This document shows, piece after piece, positions 1-13,140 of a stretch of DNA of 64,000 bases. This stretch comes from Marsupella aquatica (lineage: Eukaryota > Plantae > Marchantiophyta). Each line of letters opens with the position of its first letter. Position 1 is the first letter of the stretch. The translations under genes and the position numbers were made by a program. The notes under the pieces are model-generated. The model was not told the DNA's origin and made no database searches. It saw only the letters and a program-made list of their open reading frames with translations. The stretch is from positions 20,262,754-20,326,753 of the forward strand of contig OZ316896.1 of assembly GCA_973895155.1 (NCBI GenBank), read 5' to 3'.

Positions 1-1132
1 TGGGGAATATTCCTGCACAGTCCAACAGGGCTCACAGGGGGCCGTTCCCCTTGTCGGAGCGGTTAAAACGGAGGGTCACAGGGCTCGGGATGAGGCACAA
101 CCAATGAGGAGGAGGAGAGAAAAAAAAATTCAGAAAAACACACTCTAAAGGGGTCTTAAAGCCCCTGGCAAAGGCGCGTGTATTCGCGGAAACGCGCGCG
201 TATTCACGGCCAGAATCGCGTATAAACAGCAAACAACGTGAAAAAAACGGGTTTAAAGGGGTCAAAATGCGCATATTTTCGCGTTTTTGGCCGTATTTGG
301 GCCCAAAAAAGCATGTTTTTGCGCTTAAAGGGGTGTGGGAGGCCGGTGTGCGCGCCGGGGCGTATGGCGAACCTGATTTGTCGGGTATTGGGGCCATATT
401 GGGGCAAAAAATGCCCTAAACTAACCTTAAAAATGTGCCCGAAATGACACAAAGGCCGTGTTACAAACCTCAGCCGCCCCGCTTTGGTTTCCAATGAGAA
501 AAGTGATGACCGCCGACATGAAAATGTTTCTGAATTGCACCGGCACGTCTGAAGCTCCACCAGAGAAAGAACTTCAGTTGCGTCGCCTTCACTCCGCGTC
601 AAGTGCCAATCCCGGACTCAAAACGACCGTCTCGCCACAATCTCTCCGTTGAGCCTCAGCACTTCACGTTTCTTCCTCCGAGTCAAGCGTCACGACAAGT
701 AATCCGGTTCAGGGAAAACAAGCACCATAGCTTGTCAAAAAACCAGAACGCCTCCTTCACTCGTCACGACGCACTCATTTCGCAAACATCAGCAAACTAG
801 ATACCAAAACGACCAGCACGCTCCAACCTTCAACTTGAACTATCACATGCGACGCCCCGCACACCGCACAGCTCACACAGTTGAAGAAACGATCTCTGGT
901 TTCTCCCCCGAAATACCGTCGAACACGAATAAACTCTGAACGATGCAAACTTCAATTCCTCCGCACCACGGATACCTATCAGCGAGCTCTAACCACCGTT
1001 AGAATGCCCTCTCACTAACCTATCCGCTCAGCCACACATAATCAAGTTTCATGCGATGAAACTCTGAATGTATCATCGACAATGAACACTGGAAAAACCT
1101 GTCACGAAAAAACCTCGTCACCTCCCAGGCAT

Positions 1133-1144
1133 GCTCTGATACCA
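1133..1144 (-). promoter_or_regulatory. Primer binding site for initiator tRNA-Met
   Basis: TGGTATCAGAGC on the minus strand, 2 nt from the LTR. Confidence 0.9.
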
Positions 1145-1146
1145 CT

Positions 1147-1467
1147 TGTTGAGCATAGATGACATTCGCAATGGCAAGCCCATGAACCATCCAACGCACT
1201 TTAGTCGACACAGAGAGATACGTGGTTCACCTCCACATGAGGCTACGTCCACGGGAACACACAAGAGCTTTACTGCACTCTAGGCCGATCGGCCATACCA
1301 AGCATCCTCAACTAGCTCCGTAACAATGAGCCTAAGTTCCACCAGGGTCTGGCATCAGCCCTGGCTATATGCACAACAGCACTACCACTAACCTTAGCTA
1401 GGTTCTAACCCGAGTTAGCCTAACTGTGGTTAGCACAAGAGTCACAAGACTAGAGCAATATCTAACA
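1147..1467 (-). repeat. LTR (~321 bp)
   Basis: TG...CA ends. Shares blocks such as gagatacgtggttcacctcc and taacaatgagcctaagttccac with the LTRs at 23698 and 33228. Confidence 0.85.
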
Positions 1468-4400
1468 TCATACACGTCTACAGCATGTTGTGGATAATGA
1501 CATGCGTTTATATAAGGTCCATTGACTTGGTTTGGCAGTTTCCTTGCCTCCCTAGTAAGCTTGCATAAATTTGTGCATCTATATCCATACATAGCAAAAC
1601 ACCTTATTAGCCCAAAAATGACATCAATACTGTTTTACTAGTATCTGTGAGTGTCCCACTTCATATGCACGCTTAAACAAGGCGACCTTTAATGCCACCT
1701 ATCACTTCTTTTAGGATGCTTATATGTGCAGAGTCAACCACATTTGACAGTACAATAACAATCAGTAAGACTCCTTTTATCTTCAGTACAAGATAAACTG
1801 AAGAGAAAAAGGAGCTTTTTAATGGCGAGGAAGCTCATGGACACAAATGAACATAGGAAGTTTTTAGTGTCACAATACCCTTAAAATGTTACAGTGTCAT
1901 GATATCAAAGTGTAAGAGCTTATATACAGGGTAACCATGGCGACCCAAGGCAATCAAACTCCTTCAATTGAAAAATAAACATGGGCCGCACCAAGGACAG
2001 AATACCCAAAGAATACACTGAAAATTAACCTTGTCATGAGTGATCAAATACATGGTTAAAATTTCATCTTCCCACACAAAAGTGTATAATGTGGTATGCA
2101 AACAAATTTAAATCATGTTCATTTGTGCCCTTCATTCAGAATTTGCGTGTCCATTTTGGTACCCCTTCGAGCATTTGTGTCCATCAGACACAGTTTCCAT
2201 TTTTTTTAAGTCTGGCTATCTAACTAATTAAATAATTAGGTTTCTGGCAGATGTGTACGGAATACCAAATGTTGCACATTGTTTTTCTTAGTAAAACACT
2301 CATATGTTACAACATATATAAGATAAAGGGTATTGTATTTTATTTAAATTGTGAAATCATACAAGTTCCAAGGAAAAAAACCAAGTCTCTCCTTTGTTAA
2401 AAAGGGGAGATATTTAGGGACTATGAATAATAGGTTGGACAAAACAATTTCATAGGGTTTAATGGGGGGTAATAAAAGTTTGTTTTTTAAGATTTTGGCT
2501 TGAAAAATTTGTAAAAATGTTGGACATATTATGTTTTGGAAGTGCGGATCACTTTTATGGAAGAAGTGAAGATGGCAAGGAAACATCAAGGAGAATTATA
2601 GGGTGACTTTTAATTCAAAACAAAAGGTTTAAAAGAGTCACATCAAAAACAAATTAACAATATACAATGATGTATGAATATTTTACTTTCCAACAAAAAA
2701 TTTGCACAAACAAATATTTATGCAAAAGAAACCTCAAAAATAAGAGTATGTGACCGCAAAACCACAAATAAATTAAAGTTTTGACCAGTGCACCAAATAA
2801 AAAATTGCACCGCCATACAAAAAAATGTTTGCACACAAAACTCGCACTAAAAAAAACCTGCCCCATCAAAAAATATGTGCATGTGAACCTATAAATTTTG
2901 GGATGATAATTTTACTCAATGTGTTTTATTTCTACGCGCAAAAAAAAACCACCCACCCTAACATTCAGGGACCAATGGGGAGATAGCCAATGATTACATT
3001 TAACTATGGTTACATGACATGGATTTCACTAGACATGATTGTATTGTATAGTATTGTATACATTGTACCTCTTTGCTATAATGGAATCAATGCATTATTT
3101 CTCCAACATGGTGTGGTTATTTGGTGAAAGAATACCAAGCCTACTTACTTGCTTGGCCAATTATTTGTGTTACTTAGGCTTATTGGCATGAATATTGCAT
3201 ATTACCAGTGAAGAAATAAGTGATAGAGGTTACAATTGCTTAGTGACATGAGAGGGACGAATTGGATGTAGAGAGTACCAATGGAGAGACTTCACCAAAA
3301 TGAACCAGTGATGAAGTCTCTCAAGATTTTGCTAGGAAGTAGACTCTATAGTTGCCAATTTGAGAGGGCAGAGCCCATTTGGGGAGTTGCTTAATGTAAA
3401 GCCCCCACAAATACGTGAGAATAAACAATTATTCTACAAACAAAATGTATCAATTAAATTAAAAACCATTTGCATCTTTTTTATACAAATTTGAAAAAAA
3501 ATGAGTACCTTGCTAATTCATAATTTTGTCAAAATTAAATTATTAAATATCTTTGGTACAGTCAAGTTTTTGGTTATAATTAGTAGCCCAACTATATTTA
3601 AAAGATTAGCCTTCTCTTTTTGCATCACATTCTAATAATCTAACTTGCCAATGATTCCCTAGGGTAGAGTCCAAAACATCTTCGAATCTACTCCTACTTG
3701 GCCTAGCTACTAATGTTCATATATAGAAGACGAGGAACAATGTGAGTGAAGGTGATATTAATTGGCAGATGAAAGTAGTAGTGGATTTCATTCATCTGCA
3801 CCTAGTACTGAGAGGTCCCCCCCCCATTTTCCCCAATCCTACTATAGTACCAATTAAGAGAGGATAAACTTGAAACTGAAAGACATAAAGAACTGAATAT
3901 GCAGACCTTAAGTGTTGATCAAACCCGTTCTACAATCTACCATTGCAATAAGGAAATGAAGATGAGAAGATTCAACTCATATACCCGCTCATATACAGTC
4001 CTTGGAGCTCTTAAGTATCCAGAATGGGACGAGTTGTTAATTGGCTCACAAGATAACCAATAAACTATGGTGAGCATATTGTAGATTGATTAACCATAAT
4101 TTCTTACATTATGCACTTGAGGGCATTACTTCTCGCTTTGGAGGATCTCAGAGCCATTTTTGCAACTATGATAGCTCTTGAGCCATAACAACATCACTAC
4201 CCTTTAACCCTACTTTCATTTACACAAGAACCCATACTTAGAGGGTCTTTTGCTATAATTGATGATGAATAATTATTTGTTGCACCTATGATCTATAAAA
4301 TGACAAAGTTCAGAAGCAATCAAGGCCTAACTTGAGTATGAAATCTCCTACTTGATTTGGATGCTGTTGTTGGAACGTAGACTAATTTACTTTCCTCAGT

Positions 4401-5502
4401 GCAAGCTATAACTCTAGTTCATATTCCTTTGTTAGATGTGTCTTCTAAGAAGAAAGATGCAAATAGGATTGCTACAAAGATACAAGAGGAAACAATGGAG
4501 GTTATGGGGGGGGGGGACCACGAACCTAGTCAAACCATTTTGAGAAGAGCAATTGTTTCTATCTTCCATTGCAGTGTGCTACAATTTGGTAGACATTGTA
4601 AATAAAGTTGTACAAATTAAAGGCTTAATCTACTATGGTTGCCTCATCATCTCACCTAGCTTATTGCATGACTGTGGGCATATTGTTAAGAATTCTCATC
4701 GTACGAATCATACAAATACCTTGTAACAAAAATGTGAGCCATTTTATTATGATTTACCTTCTTAGTGTTTGGTTCACAGCCTTTTCAAAATTTTCTAGGT
4801 TGCTCCACCTTTTTTGAGGGGCAGCTCCTTCCTTTCACTTTCATAAACCATTCATGTTGTAAATTAAAATTGTGTCCTATATAGCCCTTGTTTTTCTGCA
4901 TATATTGGACAGCATGGCTGTAGTACCAGCTAAAAAGTAATAATAAAGGTGTTTCATGCAAAGGTGCTCCATATGGAAAACTTGGGGTCCAACAACTTAG
5001 CACGTATGGATGAATAGTTTAATTTGCAAAATAACCTCAAATAATCGATGTTTATACTAGGTCTTTGTGATGCACAAATTAAAAGAGCCCATTGTCCACC
5101 CTCCTCTGCTCTACTCTACTTTTAATTTTTTGGCCAAATTCAAAGCCTTGTTGCTCGGATGATTCTCTTGCGACTACTGTATGTTGAAGGTGAGCCCCAA
5201 CAAGCTCTTCTTGATAATTTCCTCTTGTCCAGCTAAGATCATCAGTACATTGTCAAATAATAAAAATAATTGCAATAGTCCTCATCACTATATAGAGAAC
5301 TAACTTTTAACGTCTGATAGCAAGTTGGTCCACCTCCATGCCAAGGTGCTAACTAAGGCATGCAGAGGTGGCACTCCACAACTATTGCTCACAAAAAGGC
5401 CTCTACTTAGACAAATTTAGTGACTCTTGCATTCGGAGGGTTAAGATATGCATACTCAATGATTTGAGAAAGAGCGTTACCAAAATGCAGATTCGGGGCA
5501 AC

Positions 5503-6189
5503 ATTGGATTTGAGGGACGGGAGGATTAATTTCATGAAAATTTAAGACAAACAAATGAGGCACAGTGTATGGTCTAAAATAATATTTTGGCAGTTGGGGG
5601 CAGTATGAACTATCAGGGGGCGCGCAGGCGGTGTGTGATAAAGTGATTATTCCTAGAAGGGGTTTAAGTATGAAATTGAGAAATTTCCAAACTTTTCAAA
5701 CCTTACATAGTGCATTATGGGGACAGAAAGATCTTTGAGTAACGTCAAGATGGCAAAGACATTGTGGCTGACCCAAATATTAGTGATGTCCCTTGAGTAA
5801 GGAGGTCCAGCCTATGACCAAAGAATGGCTTTTGCTTAAAGCAATATTGGATTTGAGGGACAAGAGTATTTCATGCAAATTTAAGACAAACAAACGAGGC
5901 AGAGTGTATGGTCTAAAATAATATTTTGGCAGTTTGGGGCATTGTGAACTATCAACTATTGCTAGGGGCAGGAGGTGTGTGATATAGTGGTTATTCCTAG
6001 AAGGGGTATAAAGTATTCAATTGGAAAATTTTTTAACTTTTCAAACCTTACATGGTGTTTAATGAGGACGGCAATATCTTTGAGTAAAGTCAAGATGACA
6101 AAGACATTGTGGTCGGCCCAAATATTAGTTATGTTCCGCAAGTAGGGAGGTCCAGCCTATGACCAAAGAACGGACTTAATTCGCTTAAA
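5503..6189. repeat. Diverged tandem duplication, ~343-bp unit x2
   Basis: Units start attggatttgagggac at 5503 and 5846. They share gtgtatggtctaaaataatattttggcagtt and gaggtccagcctatgaccaaagaa. Confidence 0.9.
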
Positions 6190-8248
6190 CCAAGGCGGCC
6201 AGGACGGCAATAAGGTGAAGTCCCCTTTGTAAAGGTGTCTGAGTGGGACATTCACCATTTCTCGACATAAACGGCCAAGAGAGACCGGGAGGAGCCAAAA
6301 GAGGCTTGGATTTTACCTTGCACATATGTAAGCTTCCACAATCCTAGTGTATCAATTGTCTGAGTTTTTCTAAGTGTCTACATTGTATTAAGGCCAAAGT
6401 AACCTAGCTTGGAAGATTACATGAATAGATACAAAAGACTTTTATTATAGTTTCATTTATCATAGTGAATTGTTGTCCATCCACAAAGAAGGTTGTCAGT
6501 TTGTCACCTTGATCAGCTCACCCAACCAAAGGGCCCAATGTGTAGGCACAACCACATCAGCTAACAACTATCATGGCTAGCAGAAGCCACAACTCAAGAG
6601 GTCCACATTACTGATTAACAAAAATAAATGAAGAATGAATTTGAGTACTGTGCAGATCTATCAGAAGAGGATCATCTTGGTAGTAAGCATGTGTGTTTGT
6701 GAGTGCCAGACTAAATGTGGACTTGGTCGTATTCTAACTGTGTCAATACTAACTCGTGCTTGTCTTTGAAACCCACTTTGTTTACCCACTTTGGAATGCA
6801 TTTATATGCATGCCCATTGCATTATTTACCTTGTGTTAATATTTCAAAACATATAGCTTAAAGGTGGCCCCAATTCATGCACATTTTTCCCTGAAAAGTG
6901 CCTATCTATGGCAAATTACTAGTAAGATGTGCCCCGGTCAGTCAGAACTGAATCAACTACACAACTATTTGGGAGATATATAATATAATAAACAAAGTAG
7001 CTGACCGGGTTACAAAAATTACAAATGACTAAACATAGCCTAACTTCAAGTTCATGTCAATTATATAGGTCAGATTCATTTCTTCTCTGGCTATGGAAAA
7101 TTCAAAGACATTCTGATTAATGAACTAATTTAGTAACCTAGGTGTCCCTTGTTCATGACGCCCACCTTGGAAAGAAGGCGTGAGTCTCTCAAGCTAACAT
7201 GTCTCATCACAAAATTTACCTGCAAAATAGAAAGTAAGGTAATTGTTAAACAAAGAATAAGAGTTCAATCAAAAGCAAGACAAACAACGAGTCTAATCCA
7301 TAGCGAATTAACAGACACATGCAATATACATTAAACCCAAACTAATAAAATAATACAACTAGCAATTATATCTACTTTAAGATTTATTAAAATAAAATGT
7401 AATACATCACATTTTGTAAGTTCCCTATAAGAACTTACTTCATGTGTGGCCAGTTCTATTTTTGATAGTCTGGAGTGTCTGGTCCAAGGTATTCAAAGCC
7501 CATGACCTTTCTTCTGGCAAATCATTAAAATTTAGTTGTTGATGTACATAGGCTGTCAACCCCATAGTGGCACGAGAATTACTTTCACATTCAAGAGAAA
7601 GCAGCAAATGCATTCTGAACTTGTCCTCCTCTGATAAGACTCCAATCTGATTAGTTTCATATGCAAAATCACGGATATCACGAAGACTCTGCATCCACAA
7701 AAAAGAATTTGGTGAATTGGAAATTAATGAAAAGAATATGCAACCAAATAAAATACATTTTGCTTCACTTACTACATCGTCTAAATCTTTAACACCATGT
7801 TCAAAGTTTCCATGATCATCATTATGATTCCAATAATCAGTGCCAATAGTCTCGATAATATCATTTGCATCTTGAATATCAACTTGACCTTCTTCAGGAT
7901 ATGGTGGAGGTAAAACTATTTTAGATTCTCTCTCTCTCTCTCTCTTGCTTGAAAAGCAAGTTGAGGAATGTGTGATGGTCTGTTCACACCTCGTTCTTGC
8001 ACCGCTCTCACTGTATGGGCATTCCATGTTAGAATGATATCATTTATAGCATTCTGAATGAATGGAAGAAGTACAGTAACAATGGAGTATCTATGCAACG
8101 GATTATCCATTTGCAAAAATCCTTCCTCGTATGATAGAGTACGAAATAAGTCCTTAAAATGACCCAATCCTTGTTTCTTCAAGAATCCCCATTTGAAATG
8201 CTTCGATCCTCTGTAAAAATCACAATGATTGTAAAAAATTAGTATGTT

Positions 8249-8443
8249 CCTTGAAATTCTTTTTCCCTTTTATAAGTTAAAGCCACAAAAACCCCGTGGC
8301 AGAGGGGAAACAACCAGGCCATAAAAAAGCCAACTAAACAACATGACCCCTGGGAGGGCGGGCAGAAAGCATTAACAACGTACACAGACAACAAATCATC
8401 ATCGCGGCCAATGCAACATTGGGCCCCCATAAGTCCCATAGGC
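8249..8443 (-). mobile_element. Short, probably 5'-truncated non-LTR (L1-type 3' UTR) insertion in an intron of the transposase gene
   Basis: Flanked by a perfect 16-bp direct repeat aaaaaattagtatgtt (8233-8248 and 8444-8459). T/G-rich on the minus strand, like the L1 3' end at ~37400-37620. Confidence 0.6.
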
Positions 8444-9855
8444 AAAAAATTAGTATGTTAATAAACATATCAAGCAAATAATTTTGATAACATATAGTTG
8501 AGTTTAAGTACTATCTGATTATGAACTGAAGAACCTTTGCGAAAACAATGAGTATTTGGTCTTGCCCTTTCAAGATTATTTTGGACCAAAATATGCTCAG
8601 TCGCATAATCAGAACGAATTAATAAAGGATGATAAAATCTTTGAACCGCATTTTTATACCCTTCATAAATAGTCCGGGCTTTCTTATTTACAGCTTTTAA
8701 GTAGGTTGCCACTAAAGATGATTCAAATCACAATATTGCCACTACTTTTTCTGTATTTACAAATATGCCACACTTTTCCTCTATGCTTACTTGAGTTAAC
8801 TATAGTGCCGCGTGTTTCCTTAAGATTGGATCTAATTTCTGTCCAGGTTGTTTTCGGTTAGAGTTTATGAACCTTTGTTTCTTTTGGTTCAGTCGCCTCA
8901 ACTCACTGTGGTGAACAAAGCCCCGGTGCGCGGGGAATTTCATTTTCAAACACACTCAATGCGGATGAATGTAGGTCATCTTAGTTTCACGCAAAAATAG
9001 CAGAGAATGTGAAAGCCACAAAATGAAACGCAGGGAATGCTTGTCGTGTGGGATGGCAATCACCAAAAATGCAATGGGAAAGTAATTTGATCGAGTAGTG
9101 TGCAAGGTTTAACAACGAAAGTTGAACAAGCTACGAGATCACCAGCACATGGTCTGCGAGCTTTAATTATCTAAGTGTGAGCACACCTGGACACCTGGAT
9201 TTCTGCGAGCTTTGACATTAGGGTCTTGATTAGGGTGCCTGATATATTCTGCGGCGCAACATTATCTTGACGGTGCCGTGCTCTGGAGAGGAGAGGATTG
9301 GAGCTCTTGCAAATTATTCCAATGGAGTGTGTTGCAATTGTTCACTGTCGCTGAAGTTCCCTGGTATGTGCAAAATCTTGATTCTTACATAGACTGCCTG
9401 CAGACACCGATTCGAATGGTTTGCCAGTGTTATGCTAATCTTAACCCTTCGCAGCTATATTTTGAGGGAGATTGGACGATTGGTCTTTTTTAATTTAGTT
9501 TCTTTGTTCAAATCACAATTACAATGACTCGCCCAGATTTCCCTATTGTCGGTGACTATATATGCTTACCTTGATCAACGTTTACCCCTATATAATCTAC
9601 TCGATCAATGCATGCGTCTATCATAGAGATGCTCGGATTTATCACATAGATGCTCGGATTTGCGCTTCTATTTGGTGCAGGACATTTCACCTACATGAAC
9701 CCATTTTTGGGCACCTCAATTTGTCAATGAAAGCATGCTCCTTGAATAGGGACCTAGATTACGCCCTGCCCGTGGAGTCGATTTCACTGCTGATTAAATC
9801 TATGTGGCTGGTTTGGTTTTCTCAATGCAGGTTGCCGAAGTCATAAATTCGAGCC

Positions 9856-10929
9856 ATGGCTAATGCTGTTCTGAAGAAGGGCAACACGTTTGAGAGCTGG
9901 CAGGTAGTGAGGCGGGCAATTGTGAAACATGGGGTCTCGACAGAACATGTAATAAGTACATACAAAAAGGACTCTCTTTGTTTTCTTGGAAAGTGCAAAA
10001 TGTGGTGGCATGAAAACCCTACTAAAAAATGTGTGTGGTCAATCAGAGTGATAATGAGCTCTAAGACGGAAACGCTTACTGTGACTCAACTCAATGACCA
10101 CCATAATTGTTGTGCCGCAGACCATTACAATAGACGAATGCATAATTCCTCAGATTACTTAGCTACTTTAATCTTTGACATTCTCATAAAAAATAGGCAG
10201 ACTCGAGCTTGCTCTTTGAGAGACACAGCCCAAGCTATTTTACATCCTGATGTGAGGTATCACACAGCCCATGCAGCCAAAAAGAGAGGTATTATCAGGC
10301 TAGATGGTGATGAGAAGGAATCCTTCCACTTGATTCCAAGCCATTGTCATCATATTTTACACAGGGACCCTACTGCCATGGCAAATTAAGTACTCAGCAC
10401 CTACTGGATCTTTTGAGACTTTGTTTGTGTGCCCTTCAGCTTCTCGAGAGGCTTTTTCACATTGTCGACCACTCATTGCTTTAGATGGCACACACACAAA
10501 GTCAGCATATCCTCAAATGTTATTGGTGGCCACAATTCTAGATGCTAATAACACTGTCATGATTCTATCATATTGTATGGCTCCATTAGAGAATGAGCAA
10601 TACTGGATGAGATTTTTGACCTTGTTGCATGATGCTATCCCAGAGTTGTCCGCTTCAAACACAGTTTTTATTTCAGACAGAGAGAAGGGGCTTCACAATG
10701 CTGTGGATCATGTTTTCCCTAGGGCATTCCATGCTTTTTGCACATGGCACTTGGGGAAGAATCTACAGGCATACTCCAACAAGGCAGCGAGGAAAGCATT
10801 CGATGGACTCGTCTACGCTGCCAACAAAGATCAATTTCTGAGGAGATTGGACAGGATTGTGAGTTCCCATCAGCACATGACTACATTGTCAAAACTGCTG
10901 ATCCTGCTCATTACTCTAGAGCATTCATG
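9856..10929 (+). pseudogene. MULE transposase, N-terminal and DDE part (disrupted)
   Basis: CVWSIR...HHNC DNA-binding region, RPLIALDGTHTK, FISDREKGL and HAFCTWHLGKN motifs. Reading frame breaks near 10389. Confidence 0.92.
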
Positions 10930-10973
10930 CTAAACTGGCCTAGTCCAATAAATGTGCTCATATGGTCTATGTT

Positions 10974-11846
10974 CTATGAATGCAAATGAAATCCAGGGCT
11001 ACAACTAGCTAGAAGGGCTGTGAAGGAACCCATGTCAAAAGGACAAGTCAAAGATGGACCGCATTCATCTAATTCATCAACAAAAGGTGCAGATTGTTGT
11101 ATGTCTACTATATCCTGATTTGGCTCATCATGACCAGAGTCTGATTGGTCATTACCAATATCATGAACTTCCTTGCCCTGCCCAGGTCCAATGTGATCTT
11201 TTCGAAGCTGGCAAGTTCGTCTATCGTGCCCTCTTTGCTTAAAACCGCAAGTCCTGGGCAAGCGGACGCCATTTTTTTCTGGAAACCTCAGCCTGGGTTT
11301 CTCAGTTGGACGTCCTCGTTTTCTACGCTTCAAAGGTGGCCCGCACCAGGCATCAGGTTCCAAATCATCCTTCAAAATAGCTGTGATGCTACCACTGTAT
11401 GTACGTCTGAATGAATCTGATGAATAAAAATGTGACACAAAATCATAATGTCGTAGGTGCAACCTGGTAATGGCTCTCCAAGCATGAATGCATGGAATCC
11501 CAACATCCTGCCAATCTCCACAGGAACATTCCTTCACTGGCTCCAAATTGACTAGAAAATGTCGACCATCTGAATCTGTAATTCTAACTTCTGTAGGGCT
11601 AGATGGGTCTGCAACAAGTTGGTATGATTCCTCATGTCTTTCCCTCAATATAGCCATGATATTGGGAGGGAATGGTGTAGTCAGCGACTCAGCAAGAGTC
11701 CTCTTCTCATAGTATTGCTTCATCATGTAGTCCCAAATAAGATTTGACTGCTTGAATGCTACTTCTTGGCATTCAGATTTTAGTGCTCGATTTTTACTCT
11801 TTGCTTGCTGAGATGTCTCATGACCCCACCTAACACAGGTTTCCAA
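10974..11846 (-). pseudogene. MULE transposase C-terminal part (SWIM finger, zinc-knuckle remnant), inverted relative to its N-terminal half
   Basis: RWGHETSQQAKSKN (TSNxAES-like), CSCGDWQDVGIPCIHA SWIM motif, KRGRP, and GHDRRTC. Confidence 0.9.
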
Positions 11847-12316
11847 TGTTAGTCATGCCTCACAGAAGAACAACAAATTCAAAAGGAATGATGGAATAAT
11901 GAGCATGACAATGTGGATGATTTTTACCTATGACAAGTTCATGTAATGTGCAAATAATTGTCATTCATTATTTTTCATTTCAGCCTCAGCCTCATTTACA
12001 CTGTGCCTACTGTAGTCTGTCAAAGTTGTTGTGTCTTATGTAGTCCGTTTGTATGTAAATGCTTGACAAAACCAAATTGTGATCATTTCACAAACACTAA
12101 TGCTCTAAGAGACATTGATCAAATGCAACTAGGTCTCAACATTTCTCAATTGGAAATCCAATTTTTATTCATAATAAAGCACAAAATACATTCCGGTAGC
12201 AAGGAGCAGTATCTGCAAGTGGACATATGTATGGCCTATGCTATGGCCTGTTGTGTCTACAAAAGCTTGCCCACTATCTATGCATTAAGTTGCTTGTAAA
12301 GCTACACACTATTGAA

Positions 12317-13140
12317 TTATTTCTCATAGACCTTCATGGTCCCAGGCTGCTCATGGAAATAATACACCCCAAATAGATTTCCAATAGTGGATTTCCAATC
12401 ATCTAGATCACTTGGCACCCACTTATGAATGCCATACACAGCAAATCCACTTTTGCCATTCACAGTCTCCAAGTAAAACAATTCATACACCACAAGAGCA
12501 TCAGTCTCCTCACGAAAGCAATAGCACAAATCTCCATCTCGGAATTTCTTGCCCTCAAGTAAAATCTCAGCAGGATTTCCAAACTGAATCTTCTGCTGCT
12601 GTCCAAGCTAACAATCGTCAAAACGGAAAATATAAGTACGCCCAATGTTGTCACTCCGTTCCACAACCCAGAATTCAAAGTCAGTTGGGCGTATCCAAGC
12701 TCGGCTCATGTCATTCCGACTGGACGAGACAAGGTTCCACTTCCACTTGGCATTTGTGAGGAAGGAGTGATACTCCTGTATGTATTCTTCCATGGCAGCT
12801 TGCGTGAAGCAACAGGATTGTATCTCATTTGTCATAGGGAGCCTGAAATAAAGCACCCACACAATTTAAATGTAGCATTGAAAATAGCAAAGTGAATGGA
12901 CCAAACCACTGCAACAGCAAGTAAATGTACAGTTGTTAGCATATTGAATTGAAAGCAAAATTTGGTGATTGGAGTTGGAACAGAGTATACCTATCCCATG
13001 GGGGCCTAAAAGCAGGGTTGACCCGCTTCCTCAATGAATTGACTGTCTCCTTTACTGGATTGAAAACCGGCACCTTAGCCACCTTGCCCCACTGAATCGA
13101 TGATCCGGCGGCCATTGAAAATTGAAGATTCCCGGGATGG
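12317..13140 (-). pseudogene. Second, convergent gene of the MULE, function unknown (fragmented)
   Basis: Consecutive protein-like minus-strand ORF pieces (12317-12529, 12608-12862, 12936-13223) with splice-like boundaries. Position matches the usual second MULE gene. Confidence 0.45.

Larger units (their letters stand above)
1..1467 (-). mobile_element. 5' end (LTR, PBS, leader) of a Ty1/copia LTR retrotransposon running off the window start; related to the element at 23698-33573
   Basis: LTR TGTTGAG...CTAACA at 1147-1467 and PBS at 1133-1144. The leader aligns by eye with ~31910-33225. Confidence 0.85.

Noticed and set aside
5293-5300. tagagaac matching the 8 bp after the unpaired terminus at 34983
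   Set aside because: It is followed by taactttt rather than a CTC-GGGG TIR, so a chance match is likely.
2990-5400. Possible decayed coding sequence
   Set aside because: No motif or consistent reading frame could be recovered by eye.
7927-7944. (CT)n tract at the frame change in the transposase as a programmed frameshift
   Set aside because: Microsatellite slippage in a gene that already has several other lesions is the simpler explanation.
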